This document shows positions 62,491-64,000 of a stretch of DNA of 64,000 nt, in pieces. Numbering within the stretch: position 1 is the stretch's first letter; each line of letters begins with the position of its first letter. Source of the stretch: Callorhinchus milii (Eukaryota). The notes below the pieces were generated by a model. That model was not told the origin of the DNA and did no database searches. It worked only from the letters and a program-made list of their open reading frames with translations. The stretch spans positions 6,326,001-6,390,000 of the forward strand of contig NW_024704743.1 of assembly GCF_018977255.1 (NCBI RefSeq). The letters are read 5' to 3'. A program made the translations under genes and the position numbers.

Positions 62491-64000
62491 TAAGGTAATA
62501 ACAACTTGCATTGAGGGGTAGCATCTCAGAGTGCTTAACAGTGGTAGATTCTGAATCCGAGCGAGGGGGAAGTGACCATAAGCATGGTTGAACAGGAATA
62601 TCTTCAGGTGTGATCTGAAAATGGGGAAGAAGGAGTGGGCCAGATGGAGGGAGGTGGGATAGCGTTCCAGAGTTCAGTGGCATATTGGCTTAAAGTATGA
62701 CTGCCGATGGTGGAGCAGAGGGGAGGAGGGATCAGCAGGAAGTCGGAGCCAGCCAAGCCGAGGCGGCAGGCGGCGGAGTGAAGAGTAAGCATGTCGGACA
62801 GACAGGGAGTTGCCAGGGTATGAAGGGATTTGTAGACGAATGTGAGGATCTTGGTCAATCCTTTCTGTGATTGGGTGCAGGTGAAGATTGGTGAGGACTG
62901 ATGGGATGGGGACATGGAGTTTAGAGCTGGTGAGTATACGGGAAGTTTTAAATTAGTTGGATTTTGAAGGTAGTGGAGCTGGGGTTCCTGGGGAGCAGGT
63001 CATTGGAGTAGTGGGGACAGGAATGTGACAAGAGCGTGGACTCCTCTTTCCCTTCTCTAAAAAACAACCCTTGATCCCTCCAAACTCTCCAACCATTGGC
63101 CCATCTCCAACCTATCTTTCCTAACCTAATAGACAGTTCATTTAGTTCGGGGGAAGACCTCAGTGGTGTCTCAGCATCCCTGGTAGGAACAGATATTACT
63201 CACTGTCACTGTGAGTGGTTAGTATTGCAGACCCCTCTTATGCCTCACTCTCACCTGCAGTTTCCCTCCCATCTCCATCACAACTTAAAGCACTGAGTCT
63301 ACGCCCTCATTCTTCCTTGGCCTGTGCCAAAGCTTTTATACTGCTAAAGCTCTCCCTCCCCACCAACCAGGACAGTCCAAAGCCCCCTTATAATAAACTC
63401 ATTGTTTATCGGACCCCAAATTGCCAATCCCAAAACTCTGTTACATTAGTAAAAAAAGTTGCTGAATCAGATGTATATGAATCACAGTTTCATGAAATGT
63501 TCAAGATTATGAAGGATAACGATACGGTGAATTGGACATCTTTTTGGGACGTCTTCCCGATGTGAAAAGTGCTATGCAAAATGTTAGTGTTATTGTTACT
63601 ATTCTCATTATGAAGCAAAGTTTTACCTATGACAAAGTGTATTGGAATCCTTAGATTTCCACACAAAACAATGTACTGTTTTAGGAGGAGTACTGAATAG
63701 AGAGACTGGAAAGTGGAGATTGGAGAGAGAGAGAAAAGCATCAGAATAAATAATTGTTCTTTTTGGTAACAAATATCGAAGCATATCCTAAAACAAGCAC
63801 AAAGAAGAAATCTGTAATCAATCAATAATTACTTATTGAGTCAGTAAAGAGAAGGCATACATTTCAGACAATAAGAAAAAGAATTAAAGGGAAGGTTAGA
63901 AAAATATTCTTTACACAGAGTGTTTGGGATGTTACAAAACCATAGCTTTTAAAACTCATCATTACAAGTTGAAGTTTGTTTTTAAATTCCCACTAGATTC

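Overview
Vertebrate (eukaryotic) genomic DNA rich in CR1, L2 and Tx1-like LINE fragments and tRNA-derived Deu-type SINEs. The repeat content suggests a cartilaginous fish, possibly a holocephalan (inference). The window is almost entirely two tandem, direct copies of a unit with a period of about 33 kb (about 800-28,600 and about 33,700-62,900, with patchier, older homology on both flanks). Each unit carries the same head-to-head gene pair. On the + strand is an intact 4-exon PTCHD3-like gene (861 aa, sterol-sensing-domain/RND-superfamily membrane protein). On the - strand is a spliced, animal-type iterative type I polyketide synthase (KS-AT-DH-[ER-like]-KR-ACP) that is now a pseudogene, with shared stops, frameshifts, deletions and LINE insertions that predate the duplication. 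A TATA box and a short non-coding first exon for the PKS lie only about 0.7 kb from the PTCHD3 start codon, implying a compact bidirectional promoter. The most interesting reading is a vertebrate two-gene 'PKS + RND-type transporter' module, reminiscent of mycobacterial pks/mmpL pairs, in which the transporter has been retained twice while the synthase decayed. A false duplication of uncollapsed haplotypes cannot be excluded from sequence alone.
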